Below, one piece after another: positions 38,201 through 48,100 of a stretch of 64,000 nt of DNA. This DNA is from Candidatus Latescibacterota bacterium (GTDB taxonomy: Bacteria > Latescibacterota > UBA2968 > UBA8231), in the NCBI GenBank assembly GCA_964291625.2, contig OZ220089.1, forward strand, positions 3,904,001 to 3,968,000. Reading direction: 5' to 3'. The position numbers and the translations under genes are program-made. The first letter of the stretch is position 1, and the number at the start of each line of letters is the position of its first letter. The notes below the pieces were generated by a model, which worked only from the letters and a program-made list of their open reading frames with translations, had not been told where the DNA came from and did not search any database.

Positions 38201-39305
38201 GTGGGCGGCTCTTCAATCTGCCGACAGGGACTCGCTTCTGGACCTGATCGAAGAGAAGCTTACCTACAGGAGCATGAGCGACGGTCAGCGCGTGTATTGG
38301 TTGGCCGCTGGCGTCATCGTTTCTCCAGAGGTCTACGGAGATCTGCTGAGGGAATTCTCAGAGGGTCATGAGGGTCGAATGCGACACTTGACGGCCTTTT
38401 TCTCTCGAGGTTCCCTGAGATCCGTTGTCGATGGACTGGAGAGTCCAGCACTGGAACTGCTCGTCCGCCTTGTGGGAGGCACCGTGGAGCCGGATGAGCA
38501 TTGGCGTGAGGGGCCATCCTTTACTCCAGCAATGAAGGCTTCCCGGCTTGTGGGGGACCTGATTCAGCGGCTCTCCGCTTGCCCGGCCGAGGAGGCCAGC
38601 GATGCGCTGGCCAGGCTTCTCAGGGTCGAGTCCCTATCGCAGTGGCACGACAAGCTGTCCCAAGCGCAGGATGCCCAACGGGTGATCCGCCGCGACGCCG
38701 GCTATCGGCATCCCGGCATCGAGCAGGTATGCCGAACCTTGAACGGCGGCACCCCCGCCAACGCCGCCGACCTCGCAGCTCTCTTGATGGACCAACTGCG
38801 CGAGCTCGCCGTGCAGATCCGGAGGGGGAATACGGACGGCTGGCGTCAGTACTGGAACGTGGATTCGGGCGGGTGCCCCGAGGGTCCGAGACACGAGGAC
38901 GTGTGCCGCGACGCCCTGCTCGATGCCCTGCGACAACGCCTTCCCCTTGCAGTCGACGCCCAGCCCGAGGGGCAGTACGCCAACGACAAGCGCGCCGACA
39001 TCCGCGTATCCTGCCCTGACTTCCAGGTGCCGGTGGAGATCAAGAAGAACGGGCACCTGAAGCTGTGGAGCGCCCTGCGAAATCAGTTGATCGCGCAGTA
39101 CACCAGCGATCCAGCTACCGGCGGATATGGCATCTATCTTGTCTTCTGGTTCGGCAAGGGATGCACTCAGTCGCCCCCTTCCGGGAGCCGCCCTGCTGGT
39201 CCAGAGGAGTTGAGCGAGAGGCTGGCGGCGGAAGCGAATCTGACCCCCGCCGAAGCCCGGAAGATCTCGATCTGCGTCGTCGACGTGAGTCGCCCGGATG
39301 GCTGA
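35265..39305 (+). CDS. NACHT/STAND-like NTPase with long helical region and C-terminal PD-(D/E)xK nuclease-like domain
   Basis: GDPGAGKT, FIDGLDE, LSCR, NPLTL, HRHVAEYL; C-terminal E...RADI...VEIK...QL...Y...GIYLVFWFG. GTG 35265 follows SD GGAGG and overlaps the upstream TGA. Confidence 0.85.
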   Translation: MIVSRTCTEISRRDGERPQQEERRSRPLEEFRDTPAYVLVGDPGAGKTTAFETEREALGEKAFLVTARDFLTFDPQHHPEWRGKTLFIDGLDEIRAGSSDVRTPFDQVRGRLDSLGKPRFRLSCREADWLGENDRKHLEAVSPDSSVTVVRLDPLTDEDIARILDARRDIQDADAFIKAAKERRVEGLLPNPLTLEMLADVVGGGSGWPESRMQTFAMACLQMVREHNEERAAAQESGSSPALGELLDAAGRLCAIQLISGGSGYTLHGEGDEEYLSLDECDYDVQVLRFALSTKLFKGVSSNRFAPVHRHVAEYLGGRHLAEVIENGLPACRVIAMMTGEDGTVVTEMRGLSAWLAALSCQIQEDLIQGDPVGVGLYGDIGQFTLDGKRALLQSLKREGARLDSVWTCAGSFGALATSEMEADLREVLLDTDRSRDHQAFTDFVLRFLGEGTPLPDIGGLLIELVRDDRRWPRVNTSALNAFIHNCPDSQDRADGLKSLLADIRAERVSDPDKELFGTLLTHLYPQELLPSEIWEYLSAQGHPELYGTYRRFWDTRLVEQSSDEQLAELLDHLPLRLPRLRTALDTRHLSALPLKLLAGGLELHGDHLEPERLYDWLSAGLLWDEDPQTSRLGAEPIRRIRDWLEEHPESRKAVHAEGLDRSLSSDEFQSFSFTVRKRLYGASPPPDFGLWCLERAVSMANERPLAAGHLLEMAFQAHCHRSGNADLSLEVLQEQARKNVRLEKCLDQLLSAPSTYQEHHQEHLEYQEKRQQAEEREQQQWLDCVRSQKTELLENRAAPQLLYHLATHYFMGPKAIEEQLRGDRGLIDAVLHGLRGVIDRKDVPDLSEILRLRKEKKTHFLDRPFLASIEMAESATDPFEWDDDLVRKAIGFYYCSDLSNHELQWYRRLLGERPETVGQVLVQFALSGFRDGRETDRLSGLLDDPQYATVANQVSLPLLRSFPTRCKVAQIQDLKYLLWAALQSADRDSLLDLIEEKLTYRSMSDGQRVYWLAAGVIVSPEVYGDLLREFSEGHEGRMRHLTAFFSRGSLRSVVDGLESPALELLVRLVGGTVEPDEHWREGPSFTPAMKASRLVGDLIQRLSACPAEEASDALARLLRVESLSQWHDKLSQAQDAQRVIRRDAGYRHPGIEQVCRTLNGGTPANAADLAALLMDQLRELAVQIRRGNTDGWRQYWNVDSGGCPEGPRHEDVCRDALLDALRQRLPLAVDAQPEGQYANDKRADIRVSCPDFQVPVEIKKNGHLKLWSALRNQLIAQYTSDPATGGYGIYLVFWFGKGCTQSPPSGSRPAGPEELSERLAAEANLTPAEARKISICVVDVSRPDG

Positions 39306-39385
39306 ACACATGACCGGCCAGAACTTCACCCACTACTTCCTCACCGCCGCCGGCGCCAACGAGCGCGCCGACTGGAGCGTAACTC
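39302..39385 (+). pseudogene. decayed 5' stub of the type IIG RM gene
   Basis: 39302-39346 matches 39947-39992 (MTGQxFTHYFLT); the next ~35 bp resemble 40236-40270. Confidence 0.8.
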
Positions 39386-39524
39386 AGGTCCGACCACAGC
39401 CCTTGTGGTGCGATGACGTGGGCCCTTGCGCTTGCGCCTTGATGGCCTGTAGTTCGCCGCTATGGCCCTTACCCCGGAGGGGCCGTTTCGTGTAGCGGGT
39501 CCCAGGCAAGGGGAGGGATGACCC

Positions 39525-39950
39525 ATGGACGAACACACCGTGAAGCGGATCATCGACGAATTGGGCGGCGCCAAGGCCCTGATGGAGGAGATGGACGAGT
39601 ATCAGGAAACCGTCCTTCGCATGAGGAAGGAGCGGCCCCGCCTGGCAGCTGACTACCCGGACAAGTGGGTGGCGATGGGAGGGGAAGGGCTTCTGGCCGC
39701 AGGTGACTCCATGGACCAGGTGCTCGGGCAGCTTGAAGCTCAGGGCGTAGACGGGGCGGACGTCGTGATCGAGTTCAGGGATACGGATCCGCCGCTGCTG
39801 CTCATTGCCAAGCCGCAAGGTAGCAACGAGGGGCTCCCATCGCCGCTCGGGCGCGATGCAATCAACCACTGGTACATGCAGTGTGACCCAACGCTCTCCA
39901 GACTCGATTGCGCCGTCCGGTACGCCGACCATACTCCGGACCCAGCCTGA
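39525..39950 (+). CDS. DUF5678-like small protein fused to a probable retropepsin-like protease C-terminal remnant
   Basis: YPDKWVAM...AAGDS pattern; tail PSPLGRDAINHW resembles the LGRD motif of clan AA proteases. Confidence 0.55.
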   Translation: MDEHTVKRIIDELGGAKALMEEMDEYQETVLRMRKERPRLAADYPDKWVAMGGEGLLAAGDSMDQVLGQLEAQGVDGADVVIEFRDTDPPLLLIAKPQGSNEGLPSPLGRDAINHWYMQCDPTLSRLDCAVRYADHTPDPA

Positions 39951-39955
39951 CCCAC

Positions 39956-42900
39956 ATGACCGGCCAACTCTTCACCCACTACTTCCTCACCGACGGCATC
40001 CGGGCCACCCCCGAGTGGCAGGCCTCGGCCGCTGACCCGCAAGCCTTCGCCGCCTTCCGGGAATCTGTCCTCCACCACTACGAAACCCTCGCCCGAGCCG
40101 CCGACCCAAACGAGGCGGTCACCGAGCAGGATCTGATCCGGCCGGCCCTGGAGCTCCTGGGGTGGGCCGACTACCTGCCGCAGCAGAGGACGGCCGGCAA
40201 CGAGGACATCCCCGACCACCTGCTCTTCGGAGACCCCGGCTCCAAGGAGCGGGCCTCCGCGGAGCGCAACGCCGGCGCCCGGGCCGGGCATGCGATCGCC
40301 CTGGAGGAGAGCAAGCGCTTCGGCCTGCCCCTGGACGAGCGCGACAGGGAGGCCGGGTTCCACGCCCGCTCCCCTCACAGCCAGATCCTGCGCTACCTGG
40401 CGACGGCCGAGATCGAGTCGGAGAGCCGGCTGCGCTGGGGGGTGCTTACCAACGGCCGCGTCTGGCGGCTCTACGACTACCGCGCGCGGCCCCGGGCCAG
40501 CGGCTACTTCGAGGCCGACCTGGCGGACCTCCTCGCGCCCGGCCGCGAAGAGGACCTGCGTGTCTTCTACCTGCTCTTCCGCCGGGAGTCGTTCACGCCG
40601 CAGGAAGGCGCCGCCGAGTCGTTCCTCGAAGCGGCCCTGGCCGAGGGCCGCCGCTACGAGGAGCAGGTCGCCCAAGACCTCTCCGGCGTGGTCTTCGAGA
40701 GCGTCTTCCCGGCGCTCGTCCGGGCCCTCGCCGACGCGGCGCAGAAAGGGGGCAGCGGCGCCGGCCTGCCGGAGGTCCACAAGGCAGCCCTGATCTTCCT
40801 CTACCGCCTGCTCTTCGTGCTCTACGCCGAGGATCGGGGGCTGCTGCCGGTCAACGACTCCCGCTACGACGACTACGGCCTGCGCAAGCGGGTGCGCGAC
40901 GACGTGGCCCGCAGGATGGAGGAGAGCGACACCTTCTCGGCGGCGGCCAGCAACTACTACGACCGCCTCCTCAACCTCTTCCGCATCATCGACCAGGGCG
41001 ATCCGTCGATCGGCCTGCCCCCCTACAACGGCGGGCTCTTCGCCCGGGACGCCGCGCCGCTGCTGGAGACGGTCCGCCTTGCCGACGACGACATGGCGCC
41101 CGTCATCCACGACCTGAGCCACGCCAAGGACGCGTACGGGGAGCGCCGCTTCGTCAACTACCGCGACATGTCGGTGCAGCAGCTCGGCTCGATCTACGAG
41201 CGCCTCCTGGAGCGCGAGCCGGTCCGCGGCGGCGACGGCGAGATCGAGATCCGCCCCAACCCTTACGCCCGCAAGGACAGCGGCAGCTTCTACACGCCCC
41301 AGGAGCTGGTGGACCTAATCGTCGAGCGCACGCTGAAGCCGCTGGCCGAGGAGCGTCTCAAGGCTTTCGAGGAGAAGGCCGTCGCCCTCAAGAGCGACCG
41401 CCGACCGAAGGCGCAGCGGCAGGCCGAGCTGCTCAAGCTCGATCCGGCCGAAGCAGTGCTGGATCTCAAGGTGCTGGACCCGGCCATGGGCAGCGGCCAC
41501 TTCCTGGTCACCGCCGTGGACTTCCTCTCCGACTACATCGCCGACCTGGTCGAGTACGTCCCCGCGGTCCCCGAGTGGGTCGACGGCGAGTACGCCTCGC
41601 CTCTGGTCGAGCGGGTAGCTGCGATCCGCGAGGAAATCCTGCGGCGGGCGAAGGAATCGGACTGGGTCCTCGACGAGGCGCAGCTCACCGACCAGGCCAT
41701 CATCCGCCGCATGGTGCTCAAGCGCTGCATCTACGGCGTCGACAAGAATCCGCTCACCGTGGAACTGGCCAAGGTCTCCCTGTGGCTGCACAGCTTCACC
41801 GTGGGCGCGCCCCTCTCCTTCCTCGACCATCACCTGCGCTGCGGCGACTCGCTGGTTGGCATGCGGGTGTCGGAGGCGGTGAAGGACCTTCACCGCCTGG
41901 CCGAGATGTTCGCCCAGAGCGCGATCCAGGGCGCCGAGAACGCCACCGAGGGTATGCAGCGCATCGAGGAGATGTCCGACGCCGACGTGGCCGAGGTGCA
42001 GGAGTCGGCGGAACTGTTCAGCGGGGTGGAGAAGACGACCGCCGACCTGCGCGGCCTGCTCGACATCCTCTGCGGCTGGCGATGGCTGACGGCGGGCATG
42101 AAGAAGAAGGAGTGCGCGGCCTTCGAGGGCCCGCTGGAGGTGACTCTCGGCCGGCATCCGGCAGAGGCCTTCAAGTTGCTGGCCCGGGGGCCGGAGCATC
42201 TCGGCAGCGACCCGCCCAAGTACAAGGAGTGGTCGCGGCTCGTCGAGCGCTGGGACGAGGCCCGGGCCCTGGCCGATCGCGAGGGCTTCCTCCACTGGGA
42301 GGTGGCCTTCCCGGGGGTGTGGCGCCGGTGGCAGGAGAGCCGGCCCCAGGGAGGCTTCGACGCCGTCATCGGGAACCCGCCTTGGGACCAGATTGAGCAG
42401 CCGGAAGTAGAGTGGTTTGCCGGCCGAGACGGACAGATAGCCGGGGCTGTGACTGGAGCCGATCGAAAGGCACAGATCAAGGCAAAGAGAGAATCGGGCG
42501 ACAGGCTGGCTCTGGAGTACGAAACGGTGCGGGATCGGGCTACAGCGATGCGCATGTTCGTACGTGCTTGTGGTGAGTATCCCCTCCTGAGCGAAGGGCG
42601 GATCAACCTCTACTCCCTGTTCGTAGAGCGTGCCATGGGCTTGATCAAGAAGAACGGGTTCGTCGGCCTCCTGACCCCGTCGGGCATCTACTCCGACAAG
42701 ACCGCTTCCCGATTCTTCCAATCCGTCTCGACCGCAGGACGAGTGGGCGGCCTATTCGACTTTGAGAATCGCCGTCTTGGAACCGACCTGCCGCCTTTCT
42801 TCCCGGGCGTGGACTCGCGGTTCAAGTTCTGTGCCCTGGTCTTCGGCGGCGATGAACGGCGATTCGACCAGACTGCGTGTGCGTTTTTCCTGCACGACAC

Positions 42901-44020
42901 GGGTACTCTGGCTGACGAGAACCGCTGCTTTCCATTGACGTCAGCGGACTTCGCCCGGGTAAACCCCAACTCCGGGACCGCACCCGTCTTCCGCACTCGA
43001 CGGGACGCGGAGATCACCCGCCGGATCTACGAACGCCAGCCGGTGCTGGTGGACCGTTCGGGGGATGTGGAGCGCCGCGCATGGCCGGTTCGGTTCATGC
43101 AGGGACACTTCAACATGACCTCGGACTCCCACCTCTTCCAAGCGGCAGGACAGCTCGAAGCCAAGGGCTATTATCCGGTGGAGGGCAATCGCTGGAGGCG
43201 AGGGGAGGAGCTGTATCTTCCGTTGTACGAAGGCAAGATGGTGCAAGCATACGACCACCGGGCAGCAAGCATAACCACCCGTGAAGGAAACCTGTTCCGA
43301 CCCGGACAGCCGAACAGGACCCTTGAAGAAGAACACCAGGACCCTGCCTTCTCACCTCGTCCCCGCTATTGGGTCAACCAGAAAGACAGTGATGTCCTCC
43401 AAAGTGTACGGTGGTCGTTGGCGTTCAAGGACATCACTGCGTCGACGAATGTCCGCACCATGATCGCAGCTGTCATTCCCAAAGTTGGATGCGGGCATAC
43501 ATTGCCAGTCCTTCATCCATCCGATGGCCACTACGACGCCGTGAGCGCAGCCTGTTTCCTTGCCAATCTCAACAGTTTCGCCTTCGACTACGTGGCTCGT
43601 CAGAAGGTGCAGGCGACTCACCTGACCTGGTACACAGTCGAACAGCTTCCTGTCATCCCACCCGTAGACCACGACCGCCCATTCGGCGCCACCACCGCCC
43701 GCGGCCTCGTCCGTGACCACGTCCTCCGCCTCACGTACACCGCCCACGACATGGCCCCCTTCGCCCGCGACCTCGGCCACGACGGCCCGCCCTTCCCTTG
43801 GGACGAGGAGGAACGCCGACACCTCCGCGCACGCCTCGACGCCCTCTACTTCCACCTCTACGGCCTCACCCGGGAGGACGCGGGGTACGTCCTCGACACC
43901 TTCCCCATCGTCCGCCGGGAGGACGAGGCTACCTTCGACCGCTACCGTACCAAGGAGCTGATCCTGGCCTACATGAACGCCTTGGACGCCGGGGATGCGG
44001 AGGCGAGGGTGGCGGTGTAG
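39956..44020 (+). CDS. type IIG (Eco57I-like) fused restriction endonuclease / N6-adenine methyltransferase
   Basis: N-terminal PD...EESK and LTNG; GSFYTP, DPAMGSGHF (motif I), YGVD, GNPPW (motif IV); C-terminal TRD with lower GC. Confidence 0.93.
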   Translation: MTGQLFTHYFLTDGIRATPEWQASAADPQAFAAFRESVLHHYETLARAADPNEAVTEQDLIRPALELLGWADYLPQQRTAGNEDIPDHLLFGDPGSKERASAERNAGARAGHAIALEESKRFGLPLDERDREAGFHARSPHSQILRYLATAEIESESRLRWGVLTNGRVWRLYDYRARPRASGYFEADLADLLAPGREEDLRVFYLLFRRESFTPQEGAAESFLEAALAEGRRYEEQVAQDLSGVVFESVFPALVRALADAAQKGGSGAGLPEVHKAALIFLYRLLFVLYAEDRGLLPVNDSRYDDYGLRKRVRDDVARRMEESDTFSAAASNYYDRLLNLFRIIDQGDPSIGLPPYNGGLFARDAAPLLETVRLADDDMAPVIHDLSHAKDAYGERRFVNYRDMSVQQLGSIYERLLEREPVRGGDGEIEIRPNPYARKDSGSFYTPQELVDLIVERTLKPLAEERLKAFEEKAVALKSDRRPKAQRQAELLKLDPAEAVLDLKVLDPAMGSGHFLVTAVDFLSDYIADLVEYVPAVPEWVDGEYASPLVERVAAIREEILRRAKESDWVLDEAQLTDQAIIRRMVLKRCIYGVDKNPLTVELAKVSLWLHSFTVGAPLSFLDHHLRCGDSLVGMRVSEAVKDLHRLAEMFAQSAIQGAENATEGMQRIEEMSDADVAEVQESAELFSGVEKTTADLRGLLDILCGWRWLTAGMKKKECAAFEGPLEVTLGRHPAEAFKLLARGPEHLGSDPPKYKEWSRLVERWDEARALADREGFLHWEVAFPGVWRRWQESRPQGGFDAVIGNPPWDQIEQPEVEWFAGRDGQIAGAVTGADRKAQIKAKRESGDRLALEYETVRDRATAMRMFVRACGEYPLLSEGRINLYSLFVERAMGLIKKNGFVGLLTPSGIYSDKTASRFFQSVSTAGRVGGLFDFENRRLGTDLPPFFPGVDSRFKFCALVFGGDERRFDQTACAFFLHDTGTLADENRCFPLTSADFARVNPNSGTAPVFRTRRDAEITRRIYERQPVLVDRSGDVERRAWPVRFMQGHFNMTSDSHLFQAAGQLEAKGYYPVEGNRWRRGEELYLPLYEGKMVQAYDHRAASITTREGNLFRPGQPNRTLEEEHQDPAFSPRPRYWVNQKDSDVLQSVRWSLAFKDITASTNVRTMIAAVIPKVGCGHTLPVLHPSDGHYDAVSAACFLANLNSFAFDYVARQKVQATHLTWYTVEQLPVIPPVDHDRPFGATTARGLVRDHVLRLTYTAHDMAPFARDLGHDGPPFPWDEEERRHLRARLDALYFHLYGLTREDAGYVLDTFPIVRREDEATFDRYRTKELILAYMNALDAGDAEARVAV

Positions 44021-44094
44021 ATGGGCAAGGTCCCGATGACAGAACAGGGAAGAGGCAGTTCCCCGACCAGCTTTTTCTGAACCATGTTCGTGAT
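44021..44094 (+). pseudogene. degenerate stub of the SIR2 gene 5' end
   Basis: Matches 45158-45232 (FPDQLFLNHVRD vs FPDQIYFNHVRD); frameshifted relative to its ATG. Confidence 0.8.
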
Positions 44095-44122
44095 CCACCG
44101 CTAAGGGATGGATGGAGGCGTT

Positions 44123-44674
44123 ATGAGCACAGAAGAGGACGAGAAGCTGTTCAAGAGAATCATCGTCTCGCAGTGGGATCTACAGCAGGCCGAAAGGTGC
44201 GTGACCATGATGCTAGACATCTTAGCCACCGGCAAAGAGAAGGAGAGCAAGGATTGCCTGAAAGCACTACAGACAGCTTGGACCGTAGCCTACTCGCGCC
44301 CATTCATCAAGAATTACGGGTCGGAGATAATGGACCCGATCCTGCCAGAGCTCTTCCTGGGTGATCTGTCGGAGGAGCAGCGGAAGCTGCACCGCTGGAT
44401 ACTCGACACAAGAAACAAGGACCAAGCCCATTCCGATGGGAGAGTAGCCGATATGACGATCCATGTCACAGAGATCCAAGGCATCAAGACAGCCATTCCC
44501 CATCTAAGAAACAGCCTTGCACCTTGGGGTCGGGAATCATTGGAACAGGCTTTGGAGATCATCCAGGCTGTCATAGCCAAGACTGGCGAGGAGCACTGTC
44601 GCATCCAGGAGACCTTCGATGCCACCCCTCGCCGGCTGCCACTGAACCCTCAACAAGGAAGGGCCAAGCCATGA
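44123..44674 (+). CDS. stand-alone HEPN-like protein (AbiU2-like pattern)
   Basis: VAYSRPF...LH...RNKDQAH (Rx5H); markedly lower GC; SD GGAGG. Confidence 0.7.
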   Translation: MSTEEDEKLFKRIIVSQWDLQQAERCVTMMLDILATGKEKESKDCLKALQTAWTVAYSRPFIKNYGSEIMDPILPELFLGDLSEEQRKLHRWILDTRNKDQAHSDGRVADMTIHVTEIQGIKTAIPHLRNSLAPWGRESLEQALEIIQAVIAKTGEEHCRIQETFDATPRRLPLNPQQGRAKP

Positions 44675-45157
44675 TCGATGCCGCTCAGACACTCTGTCTG
44701 TCGACACACCATACAATGGCTTCCGACTTCATGGCTCGACTGAAAGTACAGAGGCAGACTCTGAACCTGTTCATTGTCGAACAGCTCCCCGTCATCGCCC
44801 CCGACGGCTACGACCGCCCTTCGGCACCACCACCGCCCGCGACCTCGTCCGGGACCACGTCCTCCGCCTCACGTACACCGCCCACGACATGGCCCCCTTC
44901 GCCCGCGACCTCGGCCACGACGGCCCGCCTTCCCTTGGGACGAGGAGGAACGCCGGCACCTCTGCGCACGTCTCGACGCCCTCTACTTCCACCTATACGG
45001 CCTCACCCGGGAGGACGCGGGGTACGTCCTCGACACCTTCCCCATTGTCCGCCGGGAGGACGAGGCCGCTTTCGGCCGCTATCGCACCCGCGAGTTGGTC
45101 CTGGCCTATATGAATGCCTTGGCAGCGGGAGACGCGGAGACGAGAGTGGCGGTTTAG
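44671..45157 (+). pseudogene. frameshifted 3' fragment of a second allele of the type IIG RM gene
   Basis: 44776-45157 repeats 43637-44020 with two 1-nt deletions. The upstream part encodes a variant, [19 protein letters not shown]. Confidence 0.92.
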
Positions 45158-45172
45158 ATAGGCAAGGTTGTC

Positions 45173-48100
45173 ATGACGAAACAACCAAACGACGAGTTCC
45201 CCGACCAGATCTACTTCAACCATGTCCGTGATGCTCTCTGGCGTCGTCCGAGTCAAGCATCGGTGATGATCGGCAGCGGGTTCTCCCGCCATGCCAAGAA
45301 GAACCGTCCCGATGCGTCAGAAATCCCATTGTGGCGAGACTTGACGGATGCACTGGCCAAGGACCTTTCGGCCTCGCAAGACGAGCCAATGGCCGAGGCC
45401 GCTGCCTTGGAGCTTGCACAGGAATACGAGCGGGCCTTTGGCCGGGCGCGTCTCCACCAGTTCCTCATCGAGTCGGTGCGCGACGAGGATTTCAGCCCCG
45501 GTGGGTTCCACGAGAGGCTGTTGAGGTTGCCCTGGCGGGATGTGTATACGACCAACTGGGACACCCTGTTGGAGCGGTGTCCGCATGAACGGGCGTACTC
45601 CCTGGTGACTTCGGCCGATCACCTGCCACTTAGCGCGCCTCCCCGCATCGTCAAATTGCACGGGTCCTTGCCAGGGACCTTCCCTCTGATCGTCACCAAG
45701 GACGACTATGAGGACTATCCGAAGAGGTTTGCTCCCTTCGTCAACACCGTGCGGCAGGCGATGATGGAGACAGTCTTGCTGTTGGTGGGTTTCTCGGGTA
45801 AGGACCCGAACTTCCTGCAGTGGCTGAGCTGGGTTAGAGCGAACCTGCGTGAGAATGCGCCAAGGATCTACTTGGCCGGCTGGCAGGATCTGGAGGAGTC
45901 TTCCCGGCGGGAGTTGATCAGGGAAAGCGTCCTCCCGATCAATCTTCGCCAGCACCCCAAAGCTGCGGACTGGCCCGAGCCTCTACGGCACGCGAAGGCA
46001 TTGGAGTGGGTCCTCCTGTCCTTGGAGCATGGCCAGCCCTATCCACCGGAGGACTGGCCGAGTCATGATGGGCCCAAGCGTCCTGGTGTGCCGAAGGACC
46101 TCAAGCCTGTTCACTGGGTTCGGGTCAGGCACCCGAAGGAGGAGCCATGGGAGAAGCCGCAGGGAGAGCCACACGAACCTGCCTATCTGGAGGAAGTCAG
46201 AGCCCTCCTGCCTGTCTGGAGTGACAATCGGAAGTGCTATCCATCCTGGCTGGTTATGCCCTCCGACGCGGCGCATGAGATTCGCGAAAAGACGGACCAC
46301 TGGCAGCCGATATTCCTCCCTGCGTTGCCGCACCTTGCCGACGGTGCCGAGCGTCTTGGTGCTCTTAATGAGCTGGTATGGCGGCGTGAGGTGGTGCTCG
46401 ATCCGCTATTTGGGGAGCTTGAGGAGGCAGTGGCTGGTGCCCTTGAGGAGATCGACTGCGGACGCCGACTGGTTGGCGGCGAGGAACCGCGGGATCTGGA
46501 TTGGGGCCGTGTTCGGCGGCAGTGGCGGACGCTGGCAGCGGCACTCGTAACGGAGGCCCGATTCAACTTCGACTGGGAGAAGTTCAAGCATTGGATCGAG
46601 CAACTGGTACCGTTCATGGAGGAAGACGACGATCTCTTCGATCGAGTACAGCATGAGAGATGTCTGTGGGAGTTGAATCAGCAGGACTTTGAGCAGCTTG
46701 ACTGCCAGGTAAAGAACTGGGAACCGAGAGGCTCGGACCCCGCTTGGCTGTTGAGGAAAGCGGCACTGTTGGCAGAGCTGGGCCGTAACGAGGAAGCAAA
46801 GGGAATCGCGCTCGGCGTACTGGAGACGGTGCGAAGGTGGCCTGACGGTCCGGCGAGTTTGGCCGGGGTCTCAAGGGAGGCATGGGCCCTCAGGCTCGCT
46901 CACGTGACAGACGATGACCATGAGAGCGCTGGCTCCAGAGTGCGCGAGTTGGAGTCCAGGTTCCGGGAGCTGGCGCAGTGTGGATGCGACCCGACAGATG
47001 AGTTGCGGGCTCACGAGCGGGCAGTCGTGGGCAGCCCTCCGATCGAGAAGCGAAGGCCGTTCGACCTCGGCATGGCAACGGGCGAGGGTTTGAGTTTCAG
47101 CAATGTGGCCAACTACCGGGCTCTTGCGGCCCTGCGCGCGATCCGGTTCGTCGAGGTAGTCGGATCGCCGAGTGCCTTCAGCAGTGACCTCCTCGGCCAT
47201 GCGGCAGAGGCTCTCCGGCCCTACCGCCCGGAATGGTCCTCCGCACTTGCAGTGCGCTGCGCAGACGGAGATGCTGACCGGCGGTTCTCGAGTACTCTGT
47301 CGCGCTGGCGGATTGCATTTCTGGCGCCGGAGTTGACCCGGTCTTTGGCGGAGTCCCAGCGCCGTACGATCGAGTTTGCACTCGAGCAAGTGGGGCGCTC
47401 CACAAGTGCGGTCCAAACGTGGTGGCTCTGGAGCCAGCGCCTGGAGGCGGCGATGGAGGCGTTGTCCCGGTTTGTACTACGCTTGAAACCTGAGGAAGTA
47501 GAGGAAGTGCTGCTGTTGGCGCGGCGCCTCTATGGCGATGCCCGGATTCACCCGCGAATCCAGTACTTCCAGGCCCTGGGGCACCTCCTGCGCAGGTCAT
47601 CTGAAGCGCTACCCCGTTCTCACCAGGCGCAACATGCACTGGAGCTTCTCCGCCTGCCCATCGCGGGAGTCGACGGATTTGGCGGCGACAGCGCAGACAA
47701 CTACGAGGATCCCGGCTACATCATCACCAACGCCGGGAGTTCCGCACGGGACTGCCCGGCCCCCGTCCGGTCCGAGGCCAATGAGAGTGCCTGGGTGGAA
47801 GTTGTCCGCCTCGTCGACAGAGGGCTGAGGACCGGGGGGCCGGCGCGAAAGCGGGCGGCGGTCAGGCTGGTCCTTCTGTCGCGATGGAAGAAGTTGACGC
47901 CAGACGAGAGGCAGCGGCTTGCCGGCTCGCTGTGGGGATTCGGTTTGGATGACTATGGTCTGCCGAGGGACGCGGATCTGCACCCGTGGGTGTTTCTGGA
48001 ACTACCCCAGCCGGAGCCGGACCTTGCGGAGAGTCGGCTCCGCGCCGCATGGGTTCGATCCGCGAGCTGGGAGGACGAGAGCGGGGAGTCGCTGGAGAAG

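Noticed and set aside
39956-44020. BREX (PglX) or DISARM assignment
   Set aside because: No brxC, pglZ, drmABC or helicase partners in the window, and the gene has its own N-terminal nuclease motif.
44776-45157. Programmed frameshift or invertible shufflon for the RM tail
   Set aside because: Copies are in direct orientation, there is no invertase, and two independent 1-nt deletions indicate decay.
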